A stretch of DNA of 61,156 bases, counting the filler, from Globobulimina sp. (lineage: Eukaryota): NCBI GenBank assembly GCA_003354225.1. It is 20 parts of 20 records of this genome, joined end to end, with 100 filler letters (N's around TTAATTAATTAA, not from the genome) between each part and the next. Parts side by side here need not be neighbours in the genome. Positions count along the whole stretch, not along the records: positions 9,198 to 12,162 come from PIVH01004212.1; positions 12,263 to 15,226 come from PIVH01004213.1; positions 15,327 to 18,290 come from PIVH01004214.1; positions 18,391 to 21,354 come from PIVH01004215.1; positions 21,455 to 24,418 come from PIVH01004216.1; positions 24,519 to 27,482 come from PIVH01004217.1; 14 more parts are not named here. One strand, written 5' to 3'. The notes under the pieces were generated by a model. That model saw nothing but the letters and a program-made list of their open reading frames with translations, ran no database searches and was not told the origin of the DNA. Both the position numbers and the translations under genes were made by a program. Shown piece after piece: positions 11,483 to 24,542 of the stretch. The first letter of the stretch is position 1. The number at the start of each line of letters is the position of its first letter.

Positions 11483-12162
11483 ATGTCCACCACCGAATTA
11501 CCACATGAAGACACAGACAATGAGTCATCTGGTTTTGGAGATTTTTGTGGATTCGATTTAGAAGAAGACTTATCCGAAGACTCGCACTGCGACGATGATG
11601 AACTAGAAAGACCAGGCAAAACCTACGAATACGTAAACTTCGTAGACCCGAAATACGCAGAACAAAAAAGAAAAGCTTCACACAAATCCATCAGTCTGGA
11701 CAAACGCTTCACCCACATCACCAAACGCAGTCTGACCAATATACTCATAGATGCCAAATCTGCTTCACCCACACCACCCTCACCACGCTCCAACTTCATC
11801 CCAGAAGACAAAGAAGAAAATCCACCACATCCATATCACGGACATATACATAACCACTCCATCCATCAGCATACCATACAAAGTACACTCCATCTTACAT
11901 AATATATATTGTATACCATCCTTGCACATATATTATACTATAAACACACACAAAAAGGCAACACCACCACGCCGTGCACCACACTGCAACGCCACGACAC
12001 CACCAGCGAGATAGCCGCAGAACATGGCGTCATCAACGGCGGCATCTTAAACAACGGCCGCCGGTCCATACTAAACAGCCGTCGCACAAATCGCCGCTAT
12101 GTGTGGAAAGACGCCGAGAAATACGACATTCTATGCGTTGTAGCCTCGCCCTGCGTGAAACC
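11483..12162 (+). CDS. Hypothetical protein with acidic N-terminus, spliced (3' partial)
   Basis: ORF from ATG 11483, probable intron ~11883-11957, continuing open to the contig end. Confidence 0.55.
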
Positions 12163-12635
12163 NNNNNNNNNNNNNNNNNNNNNNNNNNNNNNNNNNNNNN
12201 NNNNNNTTAATTAATTAANNNNNNNNNNNNNNNNNNNNNNNNNNNNNNNNNNNNNNNNNNNNACTTCATATTGCTCATCTTTGGATTCTATATCATCAGT
12301 TGGTTGATTAGGTAGCATCTCGATGATCAATTAGATTATAAAAACACAGCATAAAAAACTTTGCTCGTAATTGACTGAAAAATATGCTCGTTTAACTTTG
12401 GAGAGGCTGTATATATTTAATATAAAATAAATCGCAAACAAAAAAAAATAATCACAACGAAACACAAACGGTAAACATCGCAGCAAACAGCAAAAAGCTC
12501 TGAAAGTAGTTTCAATGTAATTAACATACACACTGTAACACGCACACAAAACAAGAATTTGAAAAGCGTCTATCACCGACACACAATATTGGCTTATTTG
12601 GCTATGTCATTAACTAAAAATAACTTAAAACTTCA

Positions 12636-13684
12636 TTAAATATCACATGTTTGACACTCAAACGTTTCACTCCGCACAGATCCCTCGTACTCCATAACGC
12701 CCAGTCCGTTGCCTGGCAATTGACCAACGGCAACATTCGCATTTTGTGCGTTTTGCATGGTTTGTTTTATGATCATCGCAATCAACATATTGCATATTGA
12801 AAATAAAAACAGTGTTATCCCGATCAGCACAAATATAATGGTCCGTGAATGTGACTGTATCCACGACATAGCTGAAAGCTCAAATGCATCCGAACTGACT
12901 GAACCATTGCAACAAAACAAAATATGTGGTGTGTGTCAGCAAAAATGTTGTATACAATGGACTGTTACGTACCTGTTTCATTGAAACGGAGTGCAATTTC
13001 AACTTTGTTTATATTTAATATTTCTGCGATATTTGCTGCTGAAATATAAATATCGAGTGGGCGATGAGAGGAAAACGCTTCAAATTGACATTGTTGATTA
13101 GAATATTGCCATTTGCTCCATTTTTTGATTGGATTATTTATTAATTGTATAGTTAATGGAAATTCATTGCTGGTCTCGATATTTGATGAAATGTTATCGT
13201 ATTTTAAGCCGTGCGTCAATTTATTGGCTCGGCTTTGTGTCTGATTCTCTTTTAACAATACATCAATATTACCAGCAGCCATTGACTGTTTATCATTTGC
13301 TGGATTGCATTGTGGATAGATTCCAATATTTGTGGAACTGATATATTTATTTGCATTTTGACTGAATGCGAATATAATATCTTTGTCATGTGGCTTTGTT
13401 GTTGAATCGCTGTATGTTTTTAATATGATTGTTGAGACTTTATGAGACAAGAATGTCCACGAATCATTCATAGAAATATGTAGATGCCATCCTGTATTGG
13501 TCGATACGTTGATATTCCAACCTGTTGCTGTTGGTGTAACATCTCTACCGTTGATATCAATGTGAACAACATTCTTCTTGTTGTCGGTTGGAGTTAATAT
13601 GGTGGCTTTGGGAAAGGTTTTGGCTGAAATAGTGATAAAAAAGATAACTAAATGTAATTGTAATAGGCAGAAGAAATGTGTCAT
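12636..13684 (-). CDS. Single-pass membrane protein with signal peptide, unknown function
   Basis: Hydrophobic N-terminus, probable intron ~12899-12972, and a TM segment 'IIFVLIGITLFLFSICNMLIAMII' in the second exon. Confidence 0.65.
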
Positions 13685-13779
13685 GTTTGTTATTTTGAGA
13701 GAAAGAAAGGGTTTAAGTTAAATAGTAAAAACGTTTAATTTTTGAAATAAATTAAAAGTAAAAAACCTTGAGCTTTTAA

Positions 13780-15226
13780 ATGCAGTCTAGTCTTTTCAAT
13801 GTATTATTAGCAATAATAATATGTTCTACAACCAACGAATCATGTCGGCCAAACCCTGCAAATCGCTCATTTACATCCGTGTTCATTGATAATTTGATGA
13901 ACAATATAACGTCGATATTAAAAGATCCAACAATATCAACAATCTTCAATTGCACATATCCAAACACATTAGACACTACAGTAAATTTTACAGATGATTC
14001 GGATTACTCGCAATTAGACACATTTATAATAACAGGCGATATCAATGCAATGTGGCTACGTGACTCAACCTGGCAAGTAAATGGATACGTAAAATATGCA
14101 AATAACGACACTAATTTATTCAAAATGCTGTTCGGTTTACATAACAGACATATGAACTCCATACTAATCACACCGTATGCCAATGCCTTCAATCCCTATA
14201 ATAACAACGCCGGACATCAAAAGGACAAAACGCATCCTCCAATGAATGGTTATGTCTTCGAAAACAAATATGAGTTGGATTCATTATGCAGTGTCTTACA
14301 TTTTACGTGGTATTTATTCAATATTACAAAGGATGTTCGCTTAATTAATTCCGCCAAATGGATGGATGTTGTCAATAAAATATACGATGTGCTCAAATAT
14401 CAACAAAATCCGACTTCAAATATCAGGTTTGTTGTATACACATTACAGAAAACATCATACTCCAAAAACGATAATTATTTGCTTTTGATAATATATGCAG
14501 TTCCAAAGATGAATTATATTATTCATTTCAACGAGAAACCACAGCACCAACCGACACATTGATACATTCCATTGGTCCGCCTGCGTTATTTACGGGAATG
14601 GTCAAAACAGCATTTCGACCAAGCGATGACGCGACGCGGTTACCATTCAATGTCGCTTCCAATGCATTTGCGATTGTTGTGTTGCGTAGAAATGCGTTAT
14701 TATTCAGAGATGAATTGAATAATACAGCAATGTATGATAAATTAAATGATTTGTCGAATGAGATTGAAAATGGTATAGAAACGTATGGGATTATCAATGA
14801 TGGGGAGGAGGATTATTATGCGTATGAAGTGGATGGATATGGTTCACATTTCTTTATGGATGATGGCAATGTGCCTTCTTTGATGGCTTTACCGTATTTA
14901 GGATATTTGAATATGAATGATAGCATTTATGTAAATACAAGAGGGAAATTATTAAATATTGTTAAAAATCCGTATTATTTCGAAGGTTTATATAATGGAA
15001 TTGGTTCGCCACATACCGGTGCAAATAATATATGGCCAATGGCAATAATTTTACAGGCGATAACTAGCAGTGACGATGATGAAATTAAAGGATGTTTAAA
15101 TGAGTTAGAATCGACAACTGCTGGGACATATTTTATGCATGAATCATTTAATAAAAATAATCCAAAGCAATATACAAGAAGTTGGTTTGCGTGGTGCAAC
15201 AATTTGTTTGGCCAATTGATATTACA
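13780..15226 (+). CDS. Glycoside hydrolase family 125 (exo-alpha-1,6-mannosidase-like), secreted (3' partial)
   Basis: Motifs 'TGDINAMWLRDS', 'ENKYELDSLC', 'FRPSDDA', 'MDDGNVPSLMALPYLG' and 'MHESF..TRSWFAWCN'; signal peptide; intron ~14427-14500. Confidence 0.93.
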
Positions 15227-15465
15227 NNNNNNNNNNNNNNNNNNNNNNNNNNNNNNNNNNNNNNNNNNNNTTAATTAATTAANNNNNNNNNNNNNNNNNN
15301 NNNNNNNNNNNNNNNNNNNNNNNNNNATTGGCAGGATCAAGGGAGTGGAGGAGTGCATGGTCGTGCTGATGCTTACGTGTGACCCATAATTTCTATATCT
15401 CTGACACCAACACTTCACATCTTAATTATCTATGCATATGTAATACACTGAAGGGTGACTCAGGA

Positions 15466-15843
15466 ATGTCCGACCAACCCGCTTGGGCAAATGAACCGGA
15501 TTATAATCATGATCCCAAATATAACAATGATGATTGGCAAAAAGATGAAGAACAGCCGGAACCCAAACCAGAACCACCTAAAAAAAAAGAAAGCGACTCA
15601 AAGACAAAAAAATCAAAATGGGGGCGAAAAAAAGATGAGGATCTAACAATTACGAAAAAAGAATGTTGCAATGCACGATTGAAACGCTATATGGGAACGT
15701 GGATGTTTTTTGTTTTATGCTTGGCGATTGGCATTGTATTGATGATCATAAATCTTATTGTTCCGGGACTCATTGTAGTTTTAATTGGATTATTTGGATT
15801 GTTTTGTAGTGGTTGGTGTTTTAGAAAATGTGCTTCAAAATAA
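15466..15843 (+). CDS. Small membrane protein with two C-terminal TM helices
   Basis: ATG start MSDQPAW, charged N-terminus, two hydrophobic stretches. Confidence 0.6.
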   Translation: MSDQPAWANEPDYNHDPKYNNDDWQKDEEQPEPKPEPPKKKESDSKTKKSKWGRKKDEDLTITKKECCNARLKRYMGTWMFFVLCLAIGIVLMIINLIVPGLIVVLIGLFGLFCSGWCFRKCASK

Positions 15844-16004
15844 ATGTTAGATTTTTTATTGAAAACAAATTAATCATTAAGCAATGTTCATTATTATATT
15901 TTTTATAAGTGTTTGTATTGTCATATTGTGTTTTGAGATGAAAAATTATCATTTGTGCAAGGATAATTTCACAATCCAACTAACTCATTTCCACTCACAT
16001 CATT

Positions 16005-17416
16005 ATGTCACAATCTTCTCGTCTAACTGCTAATATTGAGCCTTCATTAAATTCTGCAGTATACCTGCAACAGATAGTGGATGACAATAAAGATTATTCC
16101 GCAGACGACGAAGTTGCATCGACAGTTTACAGTGACAGTGTAAATATGACAGATACACTTAAAGACGCACATAGACGGTTTGAATTTAAATTATATTCAT
16201 TATGGAACGCAATACGTTTTGCAATCATTGCAGCAGTAATAGGTGGAGCAAATTTTATAAATCAAAAGCAAATTGAAAGCTATCGTGGATATTGCTGTAA
16301 TTGCTATTATGTTGCGCTGGAACCAGAAAGGTACGGGATTGATAAAGATAATTATATGATTGATTGGAGTTATTGTATGCCAGAATGTGTTGATTGTAAC
16401 TATTGCAAGCAACACTATCATAATAACGGTGCGTTAACTTCTCTTTTTTCCACATAAATAACTCACATAATATTATATATACAAACTGTTTGATATTCAG
16501 CGAATGAATCGTTTATGGTTACAAACCAACCTGCCGTGCCAAAGATTACAGTGATAAAACTAAGACCAAATTCAATTTAAATTGGGACAAACATTGCCCT
16601 GACAATATATCCATAACTTCATTGACATTTTTTCCGAAAGATTATCGAGTTTATGGTGTTTCCACTGTCATTTTGGTGATGTTATGTATTTTTTTAATGA
16701 CAGCATTTGTATTTTGTTGCAAGTCCTATGCAAGGCCAGGAATTAATTTTGGTGCATCGTTATTGGTGTACAATGTGATTGTCTCCATCAATGCGGTTTA
16801 TTCAATGTTCAAACCAATGCAATATTATCATAAAAGAATAACGCAAAACGTAATCACTGACATAATCTGTGAAGTTGATACAATCAATGAAGTTATGGAG
16901 CATTTTCTGACATATTGTGTTGAGGCGTCATTTTTATTTATATCATTACAATGGATAATGGGCGTCATTGGTTGTTTAATTACAAGGAAGGCAAACTCAT
17001 CAAAGAAGAAAACAGGATCTGTTGCAATGTTGCCCTATAAAATAAGAATGGCATACATCCGATTTGAAAAAGTAATGATTGTATTGGCTGTTGTGTTGGA
17101 GGTTATATTTCATTTGACATTAATCTATGCCTCGGCAGTGATGATATTGAAAAGAGTGGAATCAGCGAAGGAACATCATGCTTTATGGAAAATTGGAGTG
17201 ATTGTAGTGGTTAATGTATTAGCAATTAGCTCATGTTTTGATATATTTTGTTTCCCATTTTGTCGACATACATGTAGTAATTATTTTGGATCATCTCGAA
17301 ATAAAACTGAATTTGAACAAAAGACATTTTATATGTTGACTCGATCTTTTGATGACAGCAACACAGAATATCGTATGAGTTTGTTGCGAGCGGATGAAAC
17401 AGACATACAATTATGA
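16005..17416 (+). CDS. Multi-pass membrane protein with Cys-rich luminal loop (splice join uncertain)
   Basis: ORFs 16005-16457 and 16622-17416 appear to be one gene. Donor at 16429; the nearest acceptor (16500) leaves a frame offset, while an acceptor at 16544 would restore the frame. Confidence 0.6.
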
Positions 17417-17475
17417 ACGATTTGCAGTGTTTTTTTGAAAGTTTACTTAAGTGTTTTGTAAGATCGCCAGGGTGA

Positions 17476-18249
17476 ATGACTGATTATAAAGACATCCAGA
17501 AGGAGATAAATAGTATCTATCAATTGCTTGGTATAACATATAACGATGATGTTGATGAAAAGAAAGAGGATAAAATGGTAGAGATAAAATATCATTATTT
17601 TAATGGAAGAGGTTACTCAGAACCTTCACGAGTTTTATTATCTGCAGTGGGTGTTAAATTTACTCAACATTTTTTACAAGAACCGGAAGAATTGGATGAA
17701 TTGAGATCGAATGGGAGCTTGGTTTATAATCAATTACCTTTGGTTGAATTTGACAATAAAAAATTTGTTCAGCAAGGTGCTATCATACGATATATAGCAC
17801 GGAAATATAACGTTTATGGTTGTAATGATGATGAAAGATATATTATTGATGTCGTGTATGAAGGGACAAAAGATGCAAGAGAGCCATTGACAAATTATTA
17901 TAAAATACAGGATATTAAACAAATTACATTTAGATATAAACGATATTTTGGAGCATGGGAAAAATTATTGGTTCAAAATAAAAAATCAATATATTTTACA
18001 TCAACAGTAAGTTTTGCAGATGTAACGGTTTATGAAGTTATTGATTATGTCGAGGAACTATTTGGCAAAAGCCAATGTGAAGAATGGTTGAAATCATATC
18101 CAAACTTAAAGAATTTGAGAAATGATATTGCTAAAATGGGGAAACTTGCTGATTATAAAAAAGAAAGAAAACCTCAACCATATGATGAATATTTAAAAGA
18201 TGTTCGCAATGTATTTGACAATGCCAAAATTGATCATATTTATAACTAA
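17476..18249 (+). CDS. Glutathione S-transferase (alpha/sigma-like)
   Basis: 'YHYFNGRGYSEPSRVLL', 'YNQLPLVEFD', 'QQGAIIRYIARKY' and 'VSFADV' are cytosolic GST motifs; ~33-aa N-terminal extension. Confidence 0.92.
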   Translation: MTDYKDIQKEINSIYQLLGITYNDDVDEKKEDKMVEIKYHYFNGRGYSEPSRVLLSAVGVKFTQHFLQEPEELDELRSNGSLVYNQLPLVEFDNKKFVQQGAIIRYIARKYNVYGCNDDERYIIDVVYEGTKDAREPLTNYYKIQDIKQITFRYKRYFGAWEKLLVQNKKSIYFTSTVSFADVTVYEVIDYVEELFGKSQCEEWLKSYPNLKNLRNDIAKMGKLADYKKERKPQPYDEYLKDVRNVFDNAKIDHIYN

Positions 18250-18390
18250 GCGTGTATTCACTTTCCGTCGTTTCTGCGCCGTCTTCTTGGNNNNNNNNNN
18301 NNNNNNNNNNNNNNNNNNNNNNNNNNNNNNNNNNTTAATTAATTAANNNNNNNNNNNNNNNNNNNNNNNNNNNNNNNNNNNNNNNNNNNN

Positions 18391-19965
18391 TGCCATATTT
18401 TCAAACTTATTTCTATTTTTAGTTATTGCTTCAATTATTGCTGCCATATTTGTATTCATTCCAGGTATTATTCTATTACTTTTATTGTTTTATTACTTTT
18501 TCTTTACTGTTTAAAGCATGGAGTAAAGCTACATATAATACGTTTGTTGTTATTTTTCTAATATTGACATTGATTGGAATATCCACCTTAATTTCTGGTG
18601 TATTATTGTTTAAAATTGCAGATGAAACCAATCGTTTTGTTGCGTTGGCTCATGAGGTTGTTGATAATAGCCAAGTATTTAAAAATTTACATATGGATTC
18701 ATACATAAATGCGACATCCGCAAAATTATTGGAATCGTTACAAATGCATTTAGGACCAGAAATGGATGAGGAAACATTTAAAAAAATATTAGCAAATGAT
18801 CATATTAATTGGACGGACACATTTGCGAACTTATTTAGTGGCGGTGATAGCGACACAAATACCTCTATGCAAACCACTGTAAACCATATAAGTTCACAAA
18901 ATAATACAGAAATAACAACTGAACAAGAAGTAGATGGTGGTTTAATGACAGAATTGTCGAAGCTTTCCAGTGGTGACTTTGATGTGATTAAGTTTTGCAA
19001 AAAATTGGCGAAAAGTATATTTGGTGAACATGAATGGGTGAAAGCTGTCATTAATTTAGATTTCCAGAAATATATTGAAAAGGCTCAAGAATGGGGCCTA
19101 GATTTGCCATTTATAAATAAAATATTGTTATATATGCAACAGTTTACCACCATTATATCTGCAAATTTATTGGGTATTATTAGCTTATTGTTATCATTTA
19201 GTTCATGGATAATCAGTTTAGGTTTAAATTTTATGGTTTTTTTAGGTATGATTATGATTGTTTTGAATTAAAATTCTTTTTGTTGCCAGCTTGTTTCTGG
19301 ATTTTACAGCTTGTTTGTTTTACTTATTGGTGGAAAGTGATGCCGTATTTGCTACGCTTGGGCAAATTACCTCGGTGGTCCCAGCTGATTTGAATGAGAT
19401 TGATGCTCATTTCTTACATTCATTATTTAAATCGATTCAGGATATATTTGTGGTGACATTTGAGATTTTCGTGTGCCATGCGTTTGTAACATGGTTCACA
19501 TTTTATATATTTGATATAGATTTTAGTTTTGCCACAGCATTTAGTTCAGGCGTATTTAGCATTATTCCTTATTTTCCGCCGTGGATTGTCTGTATGCATG
19601 GTGTGATATATTTAATTTATCAGCATCAAGTAATTAATTCTTTGATTATGTTATCAATGCATTTTGCATTGTTATGGATTGATCCAATTTTAATGGAACG
19701 CATTGAAAACTCTCATCCGTATTTAACTGCGACGTCCATTGTTTTGGGTTTGACCCAATTTGGTTTAAATGGTGCTATTATTGGACCATTGTTGGTTTGT
19801 TTAACGTCATGGAGTTTAAAAGTAATTGCTTTTTATTGCAAACATTTTGCAACGTTTGAAATGGATAAAAAACGACACGAAAATTATCCAATTGCACACA
19901 AATCAAAAGGATATGTCCATGATATCCATATTGAAGATGGATTGTTTAAAAGCGATGGACAATAA
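18391..19965 (+). CDS. TMEM245: TMEM245 / AI-2E family transporter (5' partial)
   Basis: 'HPYLTATSIVLGLTQFGLNGAIIGPLLVCL' and 'IFVCHAFVTW' match the TMEM245 C-terminus; intron ~19247-19309. Confidence 0.85.
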
Positions 19966-20180
19966 AAGAGATAGTGTACTATTAAATAGTTGTTATAAAT
20001 TATTATAAAGTAATCTCTTTTTCGAGTTATCTCGTTTCACCCACTTGCTGTGAGTCTGTGACGCAAATTCAGTTAACGATATATATATCCCATTGGACAA
20101 CCCTCCCACTTCATGATTGAAAACATGTTTACCCAAATGGAAAATGGAAATGCTTCTGAACTAACTTAAACTGAATCATA

Positions 20181-21107
20181 ATGACAACACCAGATATCAG
20201 CAAAGAACCAATGACATTTTCTTTTTATTTTAGCACAAGAAATCGCGATCGTAACTTCAATTTTCCATTGAGTTCTGCAGGACGTCTCGCAGCAAATTAT
20301 CGTGCATTTTCAAAATTTCGTTCATTTTCTTATGCTTCATTTATGAAAGCACAACATTTAACATTTGATAATAAAAATGAGTGCAATTCAAACAATCAAA
20401 AAAAAGCAGCTCCGCATATCTTAAGAAATTATAATAATCCAATTTTAAAAAGTTATAATTATTTGATGGATCCTGGTCACACCTCATTTTATCAAATGAC
20501 TCATATAAAATTAGTCAATAAACTTATTATTCATAATTTATCATTGCAAATCGCAGTGAATTTAAAAACAAAAAAGAAAGCAAAGGTTTCCAAATATATT
20601 GAAAAACTCTGTGATGAGAATATGAAAATAAAGTATCCCAAGGAATGGTTGAATAAATATTATTATCCATGTAAAAACATACTACTTTCACATATTCAAA
20701 ATTTAGATAAAATGAAGTCAAATAAATTAATTATGGATGACTTTTATTGTTTGTTTAAAATTAAAATGCAATTAAGATACAGCGATGAAGACATAAATCA
20801 TCATTTGAATCAAGCAGCGTATTTACAATTAATTGAGGATGCCTGCAATGAGTGGGATGTCAATATTAGAAAATGCAAAAAAATGATTTATTCCATGACA
20901 GTTTATTATTGGAAGGAAATGAATGTTGAGCTTTTGTCGCATTGTTTTGTGCAGTTTTGGTATTATGATGGTCATCATATATATGGTACGATCAGTGTAA
21001 ATAAGAGTTGTTTAAGGAATAATTCTATGTTTAATGATTTTGAATGGATGCATTGCACGGGATTTGTATTGGAAATTGCGGATTTTTCTAAAAAAGCAAA
21101 ACTATGA
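20181..21107 (+). CDS. Hotdog-fold acyl-thioesterase-like protein
   Basis: 'LRYSDEDINHHLNQAAYLQLIEDA' matches the R.sD.D.n.HvNna.Y thioesterase motif. Confidence 0.75.
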   Translation: MTTPDISKEPMTFSFYFSTRNRDRNFNFPLSSAGRLAANYRAFSKFRSFSYASFMKAQHLTFDNKNECNSNNQKKAAPHILRNYNNPILKSYNYLMDPGHTSFYQMTHIKLVNKLIIHNLSLQIAVNLKTKKKAKVSKYIEKLCDENMKIKYPKEWLNKYYYPCKNILLSHIQNLDKMKSNKLIMDDFYCLFKIKMQLRYSDEDINHHLNQAAYLQLIEDACNEWDVNIRKCKKMIYSMTVYYWKEMNVELLSHCFVQFWYYDGHHIYGTISVNKSCLRNNSMFNDFEWMHCTGFVLEIADFSKKAKL

Positions 21108-21597
21108 TAGAGAATTCAAACATTTTTTCAATATAACATTGTATTAGTATTTTATTAGTCACATTTGATTTTTACTTTATATACATTTGATTTTTTAGGT
21201 TGACACTTAGGTGATTTGTTTGGCATCGATCATGGCCTTGCAATTCATTTTAACATCACATTGTGATTAATATTTATCTAAAGAGTCTACAAAAAAATTA
21301 TCAGACCAATTGATCGTGGTTTCCGACTCATGAAATTTAGTGATTTGTCATTACNNNNNNNNNNNNNNNNNNNNNNNNNNNNNNNNNNNNNNNNNNNNTT
21401 AATTAATTAANNNNNNNNNNNNNNNNNNNNNNNNNNNNNNNNNNNNNNNNNNNNTATCTCTAAAGTTACAATAGAAACTCTCAAAATGATTACATGTTGA
21501 ACAAAATTCACAACATGTTCAACATGTTGCTGACCCACAGAATGAAAATCTCTTAGAAAGTGTCCACACTCTTAGCAATAAACAAATATGTTGTTTT

Positions 21598-24205
21598 TTA
21601 GTATGAATTACAAGTATTTGTAGGCATTCTAATCACCGCTTGTTGTGTTTGACCAATAATACATTTAACAATAACTTGTCTCATATTTGGATATTCAACA
21701 AATACAATACTTACAGTTTCATTTACTGCGCCTTGTATTCTTACATAAATTCCACCATCATTTTGATGAACAATCTCTTTAAATCGCTGTCTTGAGACAG
21801 TTATCCATTTTGTATTTGCTTCACCTTGTAAATAATATCCATTTGCATCACCCGACAATAATGGTATTAATGTATAATATTCAAATGTATATTTGTCAGA
21901 TTTTGATAATGCCAACGGCGCCGATTCATTAATTATTTTATATGAATCCGTTGTATTTGTTTCATAAGCAATAAAATGTGTAACCTCATTATTTCCATTC
22001 TGTGCTCTATAATTATCAATATAAGATGGGTATAAATCAAACTCTTTCTCTAAATTAATGCTAAAAACATAATAATATCGAAAATATTCACTATTACCAA
22101 TAATAGAAGTCGTGCTCCATACTTCTCCACCACCATTTAATAAATTATTCGAGTCATCCAATCCCGCCGCATTTAAAAAGTATTTGTCAATTTCCGTTGC
22201 GCTGTAATCCGGTCTCAATAATAATCCATTCGAGTTACAACATCGCAAAAGCAAATTAACATCAGATTTCCCAATCTGATCCGCAAAAGTATATGGACCA
22301 TTGGATAAGGACAGCACCAATGCTTGTAATCGGTTATATGGTTCTTGCGTGTTACCGGAGTAAGGACCGGCTTGCGGTCCTGGCTGTGACCAAAAAGAAT
22401 CTTTGCTTGGTGCAATATCAATGGCGGCAGCAAATATCGACGATATACCAATGCGCCATTGATCATTACCAGGGTGATAATCATCACTTGCCCGAGCTTG
22501 TGTAACTGAGCTCAATTCAACAGAGCTCATCACGTGTCTTGAATAACTCATACAATCTAACAAATATATTCAAAAATATATTTAAAAAAAAGCGGGTTAA
22601 TATATTTTATCATTATCATACATACATTGTATGGATAAATCATGCTCGAATGCACTTTGATCCATTTGCATTAACCATTGTCTTCCAAAAGCAGCATTAC
22701 TTTGAATGAGCGGTACAGAGCCTTCAGTTTTTGATAACCAATCTTGTTCATAATTAACTAATCCCCAATCTTCATTGGAATCAAATAAATATTCCCAAAA
22801 TGAATAATCTTGCGGTAAACAAGTAGTGCCGCATGTAAATGGATACAATGATCGATAATCATTATCCGTGGACCAATGTCTATTATGTGCTTGGATTTTC
22901 CATTTTGTTTCCTCGTAAACATAAGCTAAACCATCTGGGAAAATATCTGGACGCGCGGTCCAATTCTGTTGATTATAATGTGTGCTCAAAATGCATGGAT
23001 TATAATTGTGTATAAAATACCTTTACACCGCTACCAGTGCCTTTATAATACCACCATGAATCCAATAAAAACCATTTGGTCGGTAAGCCTACAGAGTCGT
23101 GATACTTTTTCACATCAATCATAGTTTGCTGATAATTTTTGCCTGGCTCAGTATAATAATAATAATATGCACCATTATCAGTGGAATAGCCAAGATACTG
23201 CAAAGTGTAATCTCTGATATGACTGTTGCCACGTTGCCGTTGTCCATAATATTGCAATTCTCTGTCGCCCCATTCACGCATTCCAACATTCACACCGCCG
23301 CCGTTACGCGTCAATGTCAATATAAATGAATATGATTGTTTGGCTGGAATGGAGCTTATATTTCCTAACAAGCCCAATCTGAACTCTTTAATATTGGACA
23401 CTGTGCCAACATTATCGTTAATAGACATATGATCCGTCAATGGTGCAATGACAATCGTATTATTCAAATCCGAATCAAATATTGCTAATGGCCCAGTTTC
23501 TGTGATACCTCCGCTCAATTTGCCTGCACCAGCACTGCTCCACGAGCCAAACTGCGGAGTTTCTGTGTATTTCATAGCATGGAATAAATAGCATATATAT
23601 ATATATATATATATACATGGATAATATTAACGTGCAGATGCCATGAAACCACCAAAATGAGCAAAGCCAAGAGATATGGATGCGTCCACTGTATCTATTT
23701 TGAATGCAGGGAAAGAGGATATAACGCCATCACCAGATTGTGTTGTATCAGCTGTATTGTTAGCTCCATCGGGAAACGTTTGTTGAAAAATTAATAGATC
23801 AGGATCGGATGGATAATATTTGAAATCTGTTGCAAAATGTGTATTAGTATTTGTATCTTCATACATTAATACCACAGAATTGAATGCACCAAAAGGATCA
23901 ACACCACTTTGATTCATTACGTTGCTTAATGTCAATGTTGCCCATTTTCCATCAGTTCGAAATGCTGTGGTGCCCGATTGTAACCATGTTTTACCATTTA
24001 TTTCGATATAATAATCACTAAAGTTTTCGGTGAATTGTATATCTAAAACAGAAGGGGCACCTAATTTGTCATCATATTTTGGTAGCGCATCATCAAACAT
24101 TTCATGGATTGAAATGTAATTGACTCCATTTATTATTTTTGCTGATGATGTTATATGCAACAAAAGTGTTGACAACGCAGCAAGTGTCTGTAGCATGGTG
24201 TTCAT
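21598..24205 (-). CDS. Secreted glycoside-hydrolase-like protein, probably clan GH-D TIM barrel (4 exons)
   Basis: Signal peptide; 'LGYSTDNGAYYYY', 'WFLLDSWWY', 'IFPDGL', 'YEQDWL', 'ARASDDY', 'LSNGPYTFADQIG' and 'GLLLRPD'. Three short introns link the four ORFs. Confidence 0.8.
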
Positions 24206-24542
24206 TTGTTACTTGATTTCTTTAGTGCTAGTTTTTTCAAATAATGATGCTGCATAATGTTTTTTAGTAAATAGTAATGAATTCAATTGAATTGCAAGAA
24301 TACTTTAGAATAGGACATGTTTGAAACACTGCGTTTTAGAAAAATTTTAAAACCTATGGAGAGGTCATCACCATCTCCTAACAAAACGACTTGCGAATTT
24401 GCGGATTTTAAAAACAATNNNNNNNNNNNNNNNNNNNNNNNNNNNNNNNNNNNNNNNNNNNNTTAATTAATTAANNNNNNNNNNNNNNNNNNNNNNNNNN
24501 NNNNNNNNNNNNNNNNNNATTCAATAAATACAATTATCAATT

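Noticed and set aside
16429-16544. Programmed frameshift in the membrane-protein gene
   Set aside because: No slippery site seen; a downstream acceptor or a 1-bp indel or sequencing error explains the offset.
21491-21529. Three ACATGTT palindromic units downstream of the glycosidase gene
   Set aside because: Too short and too close to the contig edge to interpret.
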